A stretch of DNA of 64,000 bases from Nanobdellota archaeon. GTDB lineage: Archaea; Nanobdellota; Nanobdellia; Pacearchaeales; GW2011-AR1. The DNA lies in the NCBI GenBank assembly GCA_038046005.1, contig JBBSXB010000007.1, forward strand, positions 586-64,585. The letters run 5' to 3'. The notes beneath the pieces were generated by a model, which ran no database searches, had not been told where the DNA came from, and saw nothing but the letters and a program-made list of their open reading frames with translations. Every line of letters starts with the position of its first letter. Positions within the stretch are counted from its first letter, which is position 1. Shown one piece after another: positions 17,201 through 25,380 of this stretch. The position numbers and the translations under genes were made by a program.

Positions 17201-20200
17201 GTATGCTTATCTCAAAATGCCGATGCAATAGGCAAAGACGTTAAATCTTATGATGATGCTATAAATAAACAAAATACTGAGATTAAAAAATTAGAAGAAC
17301 CTTATACAAAGACTGGAATTTTAGGGGCCAGAACAATTAATGATGATGATTTCTTAAAAGCTTATTTGGATAATGCTAAGCCAGAGATTACAAAGTGCTT
17401 AAATGACAGATATCCTAATGGAATAGACAATCATGGAAAAATAATCCAAGTTAAAGATTTCATGGCTTCTTTAAACAGCAACACAATATCTATTGGCGAA
17501 GTTAGAAACTTACAACTTAACTGCAGACTTGATGGTGGTTTGTTGGATGGAATGTCTAATAGTGTTTTGAAAAAAAGTGTTATTGATGTTAATACTAATT
17601 CTCAAGTTGTTAAAACAATTGGAGATGCTGAGAGTAGGTTTGGGGTTAAAGCAGATTATGGTGCTTCAAGAAAACTAACAGAAGTTTTAGTAAAAGAAGA
17701 CCAAACACTTTCTCAGATAACAGGAATTAATCCTATTCCATATACTCTTCAACCAGACCAGCTTGCAAGAATATATGTTGATGAAGCAACAAGCAAAACA
17801 TACCTTATTACATTGACTAAAGACTATGTTGTTGATCAAACATATGAAGTTGATAGCTTTGGGAATTTGCAGATGTCACAGGAAAAAAATCCTTTGTCTT
17901 TGAAATTTAAAAAATATGATTCATCAACTTATGCCCATCCTTACAAAAATCCTCAAGTGAGATATTTCGAGACAGATCCTTACAAAGGAATGCCCGCAAT
18001 TGTTCCATTTGATATTGAAAAAGGATGGTATGTTTCTGTTAAACAAACTCTGCCTGTTTTAGGGGGCATTAGAGCTTATGATGAATCCGGAAGAGTGAAT
18101 AGTTTCAATATCTGCAATGTTGGAGAAAATAACTTAGAAGAAAATATGGGTGGAGATGATAAATGCGAATTGATAAATCAAGGAACAGGGCAGCCTTATG
18201 GTCAGGTTTTTGGATTAATAGATTCTGATGCTAAAGTTCTTATTGATAAAGCTGTTGACGCCGTTAGCCAGGCAACCAGAGGTTATGGGGAACCAAAAGT
18301 AAGAATCGGAAAGAATACCTTTGATGTTGGCGAGCCAATGGTTGATATCCCCGATATAAAATGCCAAGACATAATGTCTCCAAGCGATTGCAAAATTTTA
18401 TTTAATGTCTGCGACCCTGTTGTTTGTCCTTCATCAAGGTGCGATTTGGGAGGAAATTATCCTGTAAAAGATGTAATTCAGTCTGGAATTTCTGGAAGCA
18501 TTGCGCTTTGCGCACCAAACTTTGTCGGATTTGGCGGAGATGTTTACATTCCAGTTTGTTTGAGCGGAGTTTATGCTGGAATGGATGGATGGCTTCAAAT
18601 CCAAAAAGCTTATAGAGATTGTCTTCAAAATAGTTTGACTACAGGTCAGCTTACTGGAATTTGCGATGAGATTTACAGCTTGCATAGCTGTGAATTTTTC
18701 TGGAGGCAAGGGCTTCCTATTGCAAAGTATTTGGCTCCTAAAGTAATAGAAACAATTGCAGGACAGAGTGTCAAAGGTGGGGGAGAATATTTAAGTATAA
18801 AGAGTGCATTCGATAATGCTGGAAAGTCTGTTGATTACTTCACGCAATATTATGCTAAAAATTCATTTGCGGCATTCAAAGCAAGAAGCGCTGAACAAGT
18901 TGGAACAGCTGCCTGCAAGAATTTTATATCTATAGCTTATCCAAGCCTGAGCGGTTTTGTCAATGCTTTGACACAGCCAAATTCACCTGCTCAATTTAGC
19001 GGAAGATTTGACGAGATTCCTTACACAACTGCCACAAATCCTCCTCTATCTCAATACAAAGTTTCGTACTTTATTTATGCAGGAAATATAAGGGGAGCTT
19101 ATTATCAGGTTTATTTAAAAGAGGGGGCTGAGAGCTCCTATTACCAAGATGCAGGCAATAGAAGAGTTGTTGCTGATGGCTATCTTGGGGCTGGAGAGAG
19201 AGTTGACCAGACTCCTGACTTTGTAGCACCTTCTGGATATAAACAACTTTGCATAAGAGTCAATGAACAGGAAACTTGCGGATTCAAGCAAGTCTCGACG
19301 GAGTTTGGCGTCAACTATGTGAAAGATTTGTACATGGCACAGCAGGCCAACAATACAAATATTCAGGGAACTAAAGAATGCATATCTGGAAGTCCAAGTT
19401 TGTACTCAGTTTTGAGCCCAAGTGTCGAGGGGGCTGCAAACGAAATTGCAAATCCTGCAATATACAATAGAGGAATCATAAGGATTTGCGCGACAGAAAA
19501 TCCTGGAAGCGGAAGTGATCCTAATTATGGGATAGCTAATAAACAAAGATGGCGTGAGGTTGGAAAATGTGATGACAATATGAAATGCTGGCTCGATTCG
19601 AAAAGTGTTTCAGATGTTATTGATGTAAAAAATATAAGAGAAGGTGTTTTGAATAATACTGCTGCAAATGAATTGGAAAAGTTGATGAATGAGAATGGTT
19701 ATATTAGTGATATAGATTATACAAATCTTATTAACACATTAAGCAAGACAAATGATCCTAATGAGAGAATAAAAGCTGTTGATGGAAATTTACCAAAGGT
19801 CTTTTTGAGCAATAAAAAAGCTGCATTGAACCTGATTAGAGGAGATGCTTATGCCGAGTTGGCGAAAGGATTGTTCTTAATTCCAAAACCTGTGAGCGAT
19901 AATTCTGGAATTGATTTGAGCGGAACGATGGATAATAACCCGCAGGCATCAACATCTCAAGATGAAGATGTTTACAAACAGGAATTAAATGCAATTTCAG
20001 ATGATGCTTTAGAAGATATCAATCGTGAGCTAATTGGAGAGGGTATAGATACAAGTGGTTTGTCTCAAGAAGAAATAATTCAAAAGTATGAAGAAATAAT
20101 TCCTAAACTGACTGGAGGATACATCGACTTTACATTGGAAGAGGGAGGTTTGTCAAATCCAACTACCTCTTATTCTCTTGTAAATGGCCAGTGGAGTTTT

Positions 20201-21943
20201 TCGCTTGGAAGGACTATTTTTTTAGGAAGAACTGACTGGAAAAGTTATTTTGGAGATTATAAATTTAAAGAAGCAAATTTAAACAAACTTATTGGGTATG
20301 AAATTGGAACTTCATTCATGGTTGTTGATCTTAGGAACAAAGATTATGATGGGGCTGTGAAAATATTCTTAGACACTGTAAATTTTGAGAATGGTGCTGA
20401 TGGAACAGCATGTATCTTTGATCAACTTAGGTGTGCAAAATTATCTACTGATGGCGTTGAATTTGGTTTTGGAAATGTTTTTAGATTTAAAGGTGAAATT
20501 GGTAATAAACCTCTTTATTTGAAATTTGTTGAATCTCCCCCTAGCCTGAATGTTGGAAAATGGTATTGGTCCAATGATGGAACAACATATTATCCATTTG
20601 TTATCATTGGTGATAATGGGGCTGCTGCTGTTTCTGGGCCTGGAGATTGGAGTTATTATAAACTTTGGATAATGGATTCTAATTTGTATCTTTTAGCTGG
20701 AGAGAACAAAGACTTTTATGAGGTGGCAAAAATAATTTTCAATTTTAATAGAAAATTAAAATACGACTTTGTTCAGAACAGGCAAATTGAAACACTCAAG
20801 CCTAGTGAGGCTAAACCTGTAATAAGAGAAGATAATATTATAACTTTAGGATTTTCTGACACTTTGAAAAAAGCAGCAGATGCTAAAATAATTAATTCTA
20901 AATGTGCTGATTTTGCTGCTAACATTCTTCAGTCTTCAAAAAATAATAACATTCCTGATCCTTTGCTTTTAGTTGCACTAATGCAAATAGAATCTGGTTG
21001 TGATAAAACAGCCAGTTCGGAAGGAAAGACCTTTAAAAAAGCAGATGGAACAAAATATGTTCTTACTTTTGAACTTGGGGCCTCTTATGGGCTTTTTGAA
21101 ATTAGTGGTAGAACTTGGTGTGGCCAGTTTGGATTACCTCAAGATAGGGTTTCGTGCGTAAAAATGTTATTAGAAACTCCTCCGAAAAATATTGATGTTG
21201 GTGCGGCTATATTAAGCAAGTACTATGGGCAGTATAAAAATGGTGTTACATACAGTAAGTGCAACAGGAAAGTGAAATATTATGAATGGGATGCGGCGCT
21301 AAGAGCTTATAATGGATTTGGGTGTTACAAAGGTGCAGAATATTATGTCGAGAATGTCATGAAGATCTATAACAAGCTCGGGAAGATTGCTGAAGGGAAG
21401 AGTGCTTTAGCCACCAACGAAAAAAAAAATGACGAATTGACTGTGGCAACACTTTCTAAAAATCAATGCGTACAAGCCTTTGATAATTTAAACGATGTTA
21501 GATTTAGTTATGGAAGAAAAAAATTAATTTGGGATGAAAGAGCATATAATCTTGCTTTAGCTAAAAGTAATGATATGTATGAAAGGAATTATTATGATCA
21601 TATCACTCCAGATGGAAAATATTTTTTTATTGATCTGAAGTCTAAATATGGATTTGTCCAAACCGAATATCTTGCTGAAAATATAGCAGCTGCAAGTGTT
21701 TATTCTAATGGTACCTTTGTGCCAGACATGACCTGCAATAAAGCGGTAGATGAGTTTTTGAATAGTCGTGCACATCGTTATTTTCTTCTTTATGTTAATG
21801 CCCCTGCTGGGGCGATAGGTTGTAACAATTATTTTTGCACGTTTTATACTGTTAATCCTGAAGGTTTTGCGACAGGGACAGTTACTTCAGCACAATCAAA
21901 AGAATTCTGGCAAAACGCTCCTTTACAACCTAGGGAAATTTAA
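14267..21943 (+). CDS. giant secreted protein (2,558 aa) with two lytic transglycosylase (SLT) domains and a C-terminal CAP/SCP domain
   Basis: Signal peptide LLALALTSLVSAEY. SLT-like block 1 is at ~16170-16650 (VMKKESSCNAD, GLMQIS, ALRAYNGLGC). SLT-like block 2 is at ~20890-21385 (LMQIESGCDK, GLFEISG, ALRAYNGFGC). A CAP/YkwD-like block is at ~21460-21870 (YYDHITPDG, LAENIA, LNSRAHRYF). Confidence 0.85.
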   Translation: MREKNFLIFSVVLLALALTSLVSAEYMKSGVQYATQGAISGFFGGGTAPTNYNACQAGQDFIVQVSPIGCTPVPVRSDLLQDQNSAVFCPLMATKVNPMVSVNAIDSIQFRLDKGSDYITGVDFLPAKAALGINNQLNSPTLQNIGYAVIVLKQQKNSSKMPDYVNGSLIATIRYNIDSAFGVGATSFYLPIIADADWKNQRTKYSFLNGKFYLKAEGIDSSGAQISIYDDTRRISTSNLNNGQKSGTISLPGFDCYGGLQLSLNGLSVPDTRASLDVNGQIYEAAIGEKFFDNKCTVRDLGKYGVYESASINCNADKRGESFVLTKSPKVKLDFPGAKEDGYKVGDYLFNYTDNGKLDNGKLKGVYLGFVGSVNDSKKESDLFAMVVEVPQVKEKLTSDEIAKVARFAESYEPQKDLVSTGDYMLQHGKSIFGFVTAAIDWTVEGKSYHYINPAKSDTINGVTVSLIGFAGAKDFDLSTLNQNIQDYYTKANEDYDKILGSYLNEQNENGISYGEAALYNKMALVNSLSQKRTLIDLCEQFKENYPQSQKNIDFCEKDKLADSELSSYYILVNGKLKQISLDNVYSPKFEDYGAEILINGEKYDFKKDEVKYLEAGQTSTGTLDKTQFTTAVKNTFGAQCSQYASDVFDIANKYSVDPSRLISVMKKESSCNADTADSSAGAVGLMQISSWDLCKSALKISSLGDLRGKNNVNKNIECGAIILSSYYQTYGQTSSVSLYQNRVKRYCQDTNYQTKYLEYQSWDAALRAYNGLGCTPPGADVNYVDGVNQNYNNLKSATPTLATTSGTSGAKYVKLAGIGEDYVDVSISGFFGTKRITKGVVEDFGTGYTFNLQSINLKKLAKVTINPQIQNAGTSAVVPFKIGIEQSLIKLSPEKTKEQIDKVNNLISKWQSATNKLGNVVQGMNKACLATGGLLTLKNFLSGEALARSAVMRSSGGWYEKCQDLVNQPQSKYKNVDVCLSQNADAIGKDVKSYDDAINKQNTEIKKLEEPYTKTGILGARTINDDDFLKAYLDNAKPEITKCLNDRYPNGIDNHGKIIQVKDFMASLNSNTISIGEVRNLQLNCRLDGGLLDGMSNSVLKKSVIDVNTNSQVVKTIGDAESRFGVKADYGASRKLTEVLVKEDQTLSQITGINPIPYTLQPDQLARIYVDEATSKTYLITLTKDYVVDQTYEVDSFGNLQMSQEKNPLSLKFKKYDSSTYAHPYKNPQVRYFETDPYKGMPAIVPFDIEKGWYVSVKQTLPVLGGIRAYDESGRVNSFNICNVGENNLEENMGGDDKCELINQGTGQPYGQVFGLIDSDAKVLIDKAVDAVSQATRGYGEPKVRIGKNTFDVGEPMVDIPDIKCQDIMSPSDCKILFNVCDPVVCPSSRCDLGGNYPVKDVIQSGISGSIALCAPNFVGFGGDVYIPVCLSGVYAGMDGWLQIQKAYRDCLQNSLTTGQLTGICDEIYSLHSCEFFWRQGLPIAKYLAPKVIETIAGQSVKGGGEYLSIKSAFDNAGKSVDYFTQYYAKNSFAAFKARSAEQVGTAACKNFISIAYPSLSGFVNALTQPNSPAQFSGRFDEIPYTTATNPPLSQYKVSYFIYAGNIRGAYYQVYLKEGAESSYYQDAGNRRVVADGYLGAGERVDQTPDFVAPSGYKQLCIRVNEQETCGFKQVSTEFGVNYVKDLYMAQQANNTNIQGTKECISGSPSLYSVLSPSVEGAANEIANPAIYNRGIIRICATENPGSGSDPNYGIANKQRWREVGKCDDNMKCWLDSKSVSDVIDVKNIREGVLNNTAANELEKLMNENGYISDIDYTNLINTLSKTNDPNERIKAVDGNLPKVFLSNKKAALNLIRGDAYAELAKGLFLIPKPVSDNSGIDLSGTMDNNPQASTSQDEDVYKQELNAISDDALEDINRELIGEGIDTSGLSQEEIIQKYEEIIPKLTGGYIDFTLEEGGLSNPTTSYSLVNGQWSFSLGRTIFLGRTDWKSYFGDYKFKEANLNKLIGYEIGTSFMVVDLRNKDYDGAVKIFLDTVNFENGADGTACIFDQLRCAKLSTDGVEFGFGNVFRFKGEIGNKPLYLKFVESPPSLNVGKWYWSNDGTTYYPFVIIGDNGAAAVSGPGDWSYYKLWIMDSNLYLLAGENKDFYEVAKIIFNFNRKLKYDFVQNRQIETLKPSEAKPVIREDNIITLGFSDTLKKAADAKIINSKCADFAANILQSSKNNNIPDPLLLVALMQIESGCDKTASSEGKTFKKADGTKYVLTFELGASYGLFEISGRTWCGQFGLPQDRVSCVKMLLETPPKNIDVGAAILSKYYGQYKNGVTYSKCNRKVKYYEWDAALRAYNGFGCYKGAEYYVENVMKIYNKLGKIAEGKSALATNEKKNDELTVATLSKNQCVQAFDNLNDVRFSYGRKKLIWDERAYNLALAKSNDMYERNYYDHITPDGKYFFIDLKSKYGFVQTEYLAENIAAASVYSNGTFVPDMTCNKAVDEFLNSRAHRYFLLYVNAPAGAIGCNNYFCTFYTVNPEGFATGTVTSAQSKEFWQNAPLQPREI

Positions 21944-21967
21944 CTTAACGTTTTCTAAACCTTTTTA

Positions 21968-22051
21968 TGGGGGAGACAGGATTCGAACCTGCGCAGACAC
22001 TAAGTCAGTAGGTCCTAAGCCTACCCCATTTGACCGCTCTGGCACTCCCCC
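21968..22051 (-). tRNA. tRNA-Leu (anticodon TAG), class II with long variable arm
   Basis: The reverse complement has acceptor GGGGGAG/CTCCCCC, D-stem CCA/TGG, anticodon stem GTAGG/CCTAC with loop CTTAGGA, variable arm TGACTTAGTGTCTGC, and T-arm GCAGG-TTCGAAT-CCTGT. 84 nt. Confidence 0.9.
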
Positions 22052-22709
22052 AATCTAGATTATCCATGTAATTTGATTTAAAAACTATTCCATAATATTC
22101 TTTGTTGTATTTTTTGTAAATCCATTTATCCTTTAATACTGGTATTTTTACACTTGAAAATAAATCTATTAAACCTAACCATAGCTCTTTGCTTGATGTA
22201 GATAATCCATAGCCTCTTTTTCTCTTTCCACCTTCTGTTGCCATTATTCCACTTAAAAACGCAATCCGCACATTTTTTTTTGATTTGGCTATATAATTTG
22301 GGATTTTTACTATGTTGCTTTTTTTCCCTATAGGTATTTGAAATACTTTATTAAATAAACTGTAAATTGATTTGTTATCAAGATTAATGTAATAAGTTTG
22401 CTTTCTGTTTTCCCTTATCTTTCTCAAATTTATACTAATGTCTTTATCAAAGAGTTTTTTGCATAATTTTACTATGTAAATAATTAATTCTTTATTTGAA
22501 AGTTCGATTGAAATTCTATACTTGGATTTATTTAAATGGCCATCTCCAATTATCACTCCTACTAAAAATGATAAATCTTCATCAAGTATTAATGGAATCT
22601 TAACAGGATTAGACAACCCAAACTTAGCTTTTGTGATTATTTCATTTTTGTTTTTTGAGATAATATTCAAACTATTTTGACTGTCAATAACTTCTTTTTG
22701 ATAAGACAT
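22005..22709 (-). CDS. LAGLIDADG homing endonuclease-like protein (double motif)
   Basis: Two LAGLIDADG-type motifs, LVGVIIGDGHL and FLSGIMATEGG, spaced ~100 aa apart. The last ~15 codons are encoded by the 5' half of tRNA-Leu. Confidence 0.8.
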   Translation of the reverse strand: MSYQKEVIDSQNSLNIISKNKNEIITKAKFGLSNPVKIPLILDEDLSFLVGVIIGDGHLNKSKYRISIELSNKELIIYIVKLCKKLFDKDISINLRKIRENRKQTYYINLDNKSIYSLFNKVFQIPIGKKSNIVKIPNYIAKSKKNVRIAFLSGIMATEGGKRKRGYGLSTSSKELWLGLIDLFSSVKIPVLKDKWIYKKYNKEYYGIVFKSNYMDNLDWGSARAVKWGRLRTY

Positions 22710-22841
22710 TCATTTTTTAAACCAAGCCCATTAATAAATGTTTTGTTGCCCAGCCTATTGTTCTATGTTTTCAATACAGGTTCAAATCCTGTACTCCGCA
22801 TGCGAGGACACCAAGGTTTCCTTCGCTTAACCTTCCTTTTA

Positions 22842-23537
22842 TTAGGCTGCTAGCTTTCCAGCTTCACTCCAATATCTTTGCCACTCTTTTAGATAAGGCA
22901 TAAATCTGTCTAGTGTTTTTTGTTTACCTTCTCTTGAGCATATTGTTTTGAAGTTAGCAAGATATAATTCTTGTTTTTGGTTTCTTTTTGTCTCATCAGC
23001 ATCAAAAATCATGTCTTCAACTTGTCCGAAAATAGTATTGCTGTGAGCACCGAATTCATATTTCTTTAATTGTTTGAATAATTCAACTAGCTGATCTGTT
23101 GCTTTCCAGCTGTCTCCCCAAGCCCACATTCCTCCAGGAAGAACTTTGTATCCAAGTTTTTCTACTTGTTCGTTAACTCTTTCTCTGAATTTTTCGTGTG
23201 ATTCTCCATTTTTGTTCAAAATTGTTGCATTAGGAATATTTGCATAGCCCGCTAAGAATATATCTGATGTTGAACCTCCGTAAAGATTGTCTTGGTTGTT
23301 TTCCACAAGTTCTTTTATTGGAGTAATAATCACAGAATCTGTGTGGTCCCATTTACCATAATTGTGATTTTGGACTAAATGATTTAAAGAAAAGTGAATA
23401 GTTGGCCTTTTTGGAGAGGCATAAAATCTGTCTCCTTTTCGGTTAAATTCGCTGCTAGAAAATGCTCTTACAGCTACTAGATCATCGAGGCTAACACCTT
23501 TTTCAAGTAACCCTCTTAAATTTTGATATTCATCCAT
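22842..23537 (-). CDS. hypothetical protein
   Basis: 231-aa ORF with no motif I recognise. Confidence 0.55.
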   Translation of the reverse strand: MDEYQNLRGLLEKGVSLDDLVAVRAFSSSEFNRKGDRFYASPKRPTIHFSLNHLVQNHNYGKWDHTDSVIITPIKELVENNQDNLYGGSTSDIFLAGYANIPNATILNKNGESHEKFRERVNEQVEKLGYKVLPGGMWAWGDSWKATDQLVELFKQLKKYEFGAHSNTIFGQVEDMIFDADETKRNQKQELYLANFKTICSREGKQKTLDRFMPYLKEWQRYWSEAGKLAA

Positions 23538-23637
23538 ATATCTTGATAATTTTGAACTATTTAAATATTCCTTTTTGTTACTTTTCTTTAGTAGCTACAA
23601 TAGAAAGATTTATAAATACCAATCTCTCATAAAAACT

Positions 23638-24081
23638 ATGGAAAAACACAATCCAAACAGAGAAACTGCAAAAGGCTTAGCAAAGCTATTGTATGTTACA
23701 GGGCAGAATTTGAAAGATGTAATAAAATCTGACGCACGAGGATTTTACTATGTTAATGTTGATTTAATGATTGAACATGCAGATGCTATGGGCCGAGAAA
23801 ATGGTGGAGTTAATTTTACAAGTTATGAATTAGAAAGTTTAAAAGGAAAGTATAGAAGTATCGCGGTTCCAACTCTAACACATCCTTTTAATAATGGAGC
23901 GCATATACTTACAAATAATGATTTAATTGGCTATGCTCAAACAGAAATTGGTTTAATAATTCCTAGTGAAATGTCTAAGACATTAAGTCAATTAACTGAA
24001 ACCGATATTCCTAGCAATATGTTAAGTGCATTAAAAACAAAACCTTACACGCCACAATTTCCACTTAAAATATTGGTTTAA
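23638..24081 (+). CDS. hypothetical protein
   Basis: I chose the ATG at 23638 because a TATA-like GATTTATAAATA sits ~25 nt upstream. The ORF track's longer ORF begins at 23575. Confidence 0.5.
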   Translation: MEKHNPNRETAKGLAKLLYVTGQNLKDVIKSDARGFYYVNVDLMIEHADAMGRENGGVNFTSYELESLKGKYRSIAVPTLTHPFNNGAHILTNNDLIGYAQTEIGLIIPSEMSKTLSQLTETDIPSNMLSALKTKPYTPQFPLKILV

Positions 24082-24087
24082 TAAAAT

Positions 24088-24459
24088 ATGAAAGCAAAAA
24101 ATTTACTAGCAACTTTAGGGATAATAGGAGCTTTAGCTTTGCCTATGGGATGCAGTGAAAGCTATGCTAAAAGAGAAGTAACCACAAGAAAACCCGAGAT
24201 TAAAAAACATGGAATTATACAACATACGACTACTGATGAAGGGGCAGAAGTTTTAAGTGTACAGACTAATATTTTCGGTACGTATTATGAATATTGGGAT
24301 GATGATAAAAATGGTTTTGTAAATAAAAGAATGAGAGTAGAACCTAGAGATGGGAGTGGTTACTTTACAACATATGCGGAGACTATTGAACAAATTTATC
24401 CAGAGAGTACTTTGAGTATGGCAGAATTAAAAAAAGAAGTGATGAGGAGATTCTTTTAA
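24088..24459 (+). CDS. putative lipoprotein/secreted protein
   Basis: Signal peptide with a lipobox-like LALPMGC, then a hydrophilic 100 aa. Confidence 0.5.
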   Translation: MKAKNLLATLGIIGALALPMGCSESYAKREVTTRKPEIKKHGIIQHTTTDEGAEVLSVQTNIFGTYYEYWDDDKNGFVNKRMRVEPRDGSGYFTTYAETIEQIYPESTLSMAELKKEVMRRFF

Positions 24460-24464
24460 ATAAC

Positions 24465-24986
24465 ATGGTATTCACACTTTTTAACACACAGAAGAAAAAT
24501 CCTAACGAAGAATTGAGTCAATCGTTAGTTAGAGGTTTAGATGAGATTGAAAGAAGAAAAATTGATAGATTGGTTTTAACATTATATGAATCTGAACCAG
24601 ATAAAAGTGTTTTTGGAAGATTTATTAATGCTTCTGAACATAATTATTATTCTCAAGATGTTTTAGATGAAAGCGAGTTAGATATGATTGATCAAGAAAA
24701 AAGTTATTCTATTATTTCTTTAGTAAGAGAAAACCCCTTTGGTCAAATTAGATATCCTTCAGCAGGTATAGAGGTTTTTCATAGAACACACGTTCATCCC
24801 TTTTTACCCAAGCTTGATAAGAGATCAAATTTCAATTATGTAAGTAAAGGCGGGATTTATCTTAGAGATGAATTTAAAGGCTTTATAGAAAATAATGTTT
24901 CTGGCGCATGGACTTCTGAAATAGTAGATGAGAGAGTAAGAAATGCAGTTGAAGAGTTCCAAACAAGACTGATAAAATCAAATTAA
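24465..24986 (+). CDS. hypothetical protein
   Basis: 173-aa ORF tightly packed after the previous two (6-nt gaps), suggesting an operon. Confidence 0.5.
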   Translation: MVFTLFNTQKKNPNEELSQSLVRGLDEIERRKIDRLVLTLYESEPDKSVFGRFINASEHNYYSQDVLDESELDMIDQEKSYSIISLVRENPFGQIRYPSAGIEVFHRTHVHPFLPKLDKRSNFNYVSKGGIYLRDEFKGFIENNVSGAWTSEIVDERVRNAVEEFQTRLIKSN

Positions 24987-24998
24987 GAAAAATAAAAA

Positions 24999-25163
24999 TT
25001 ATTTCCTATTCTTGTAGACTACAGCCAGAATTATGGTTATGATGATTGCGCAAACAGCAAGAACTAAATTTGTTGTTCCGCCCCTGTAACCCATCAAGAA
25101 ACCCAAAGCTATACCCAAAAATAGATTTGTTAGCTTGTTTATTTCAATACCTTTTTTTGCCAT
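24999..25163 (-). CDS. small membrane protein, paralog A (start MAKKG)
   Basis: I chose the internal ATG at 25163 because its 27 nt of start region are identical to those of the neighbouring paralog. Two TM helices. Confidence 0.4.
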   Translation of the reverse strand: MAKKGIEINKLTNLFLGIALGFLMGYRGGTTNLVLAVCAIIITIILAVVYKNRK

Positions 25164-25164
25164 T

Positions 25165-25380
25165 TTACCTCTTTTTATTTTTATATAACCACCCAAAAAA
25201 TAATCCTATAAACCAAAGGACAATTAATGAAGCTAAAGCCAAAAGAACCATCATGGCTGCCCCTAAATCACACATATCCCAATCACAATTGTAAGTGCTA
25301 AAAAATATTATCCATCCAATTATTCCAATACCTAACGCTATAAACCCTCCTCTAACAAGATAATTCCCTTTTTTTGCCAT
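25165..25380 (-). CDS. small membrane protein, paralog B (start MAKKG)
   Basis: 71 aa with two TM helices. The leader/SD/first five codons are identical to paralog A (25367-25393 vs 25150-25176). Confidence 0.45.
   Translation of the reverse strand: MAKKGNYLVRGGFIALGIGIIGWIIFFSTYNCDWDMCDLGAAMMVLLALASLIVLWFIGLFFGWLYKNKKR

Noticed and set aside
21867-22058. 63-aa plus-strand ORF overlapping the end of the giant gene and tRNA-Leu.
   Set aside because: It is antisense to a complete class II tRNA and partly inside the 2,558-aa CDS. It has no SD or TATA context.
22737-22808. Considered a split (Nanoarchaeum-type) or intron-containing tRNA gene using the T-arm/acceptor fragment.
   Set aside because: The positions that would form the anticodon-stem 3' strand are AT-rich (TGTTT). 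There is no GC-rich leader complementary to a 5' half, and no GCGGAGT 5' acceptor strand nearby. The evidence is insufficient for a functional half-tRNA.
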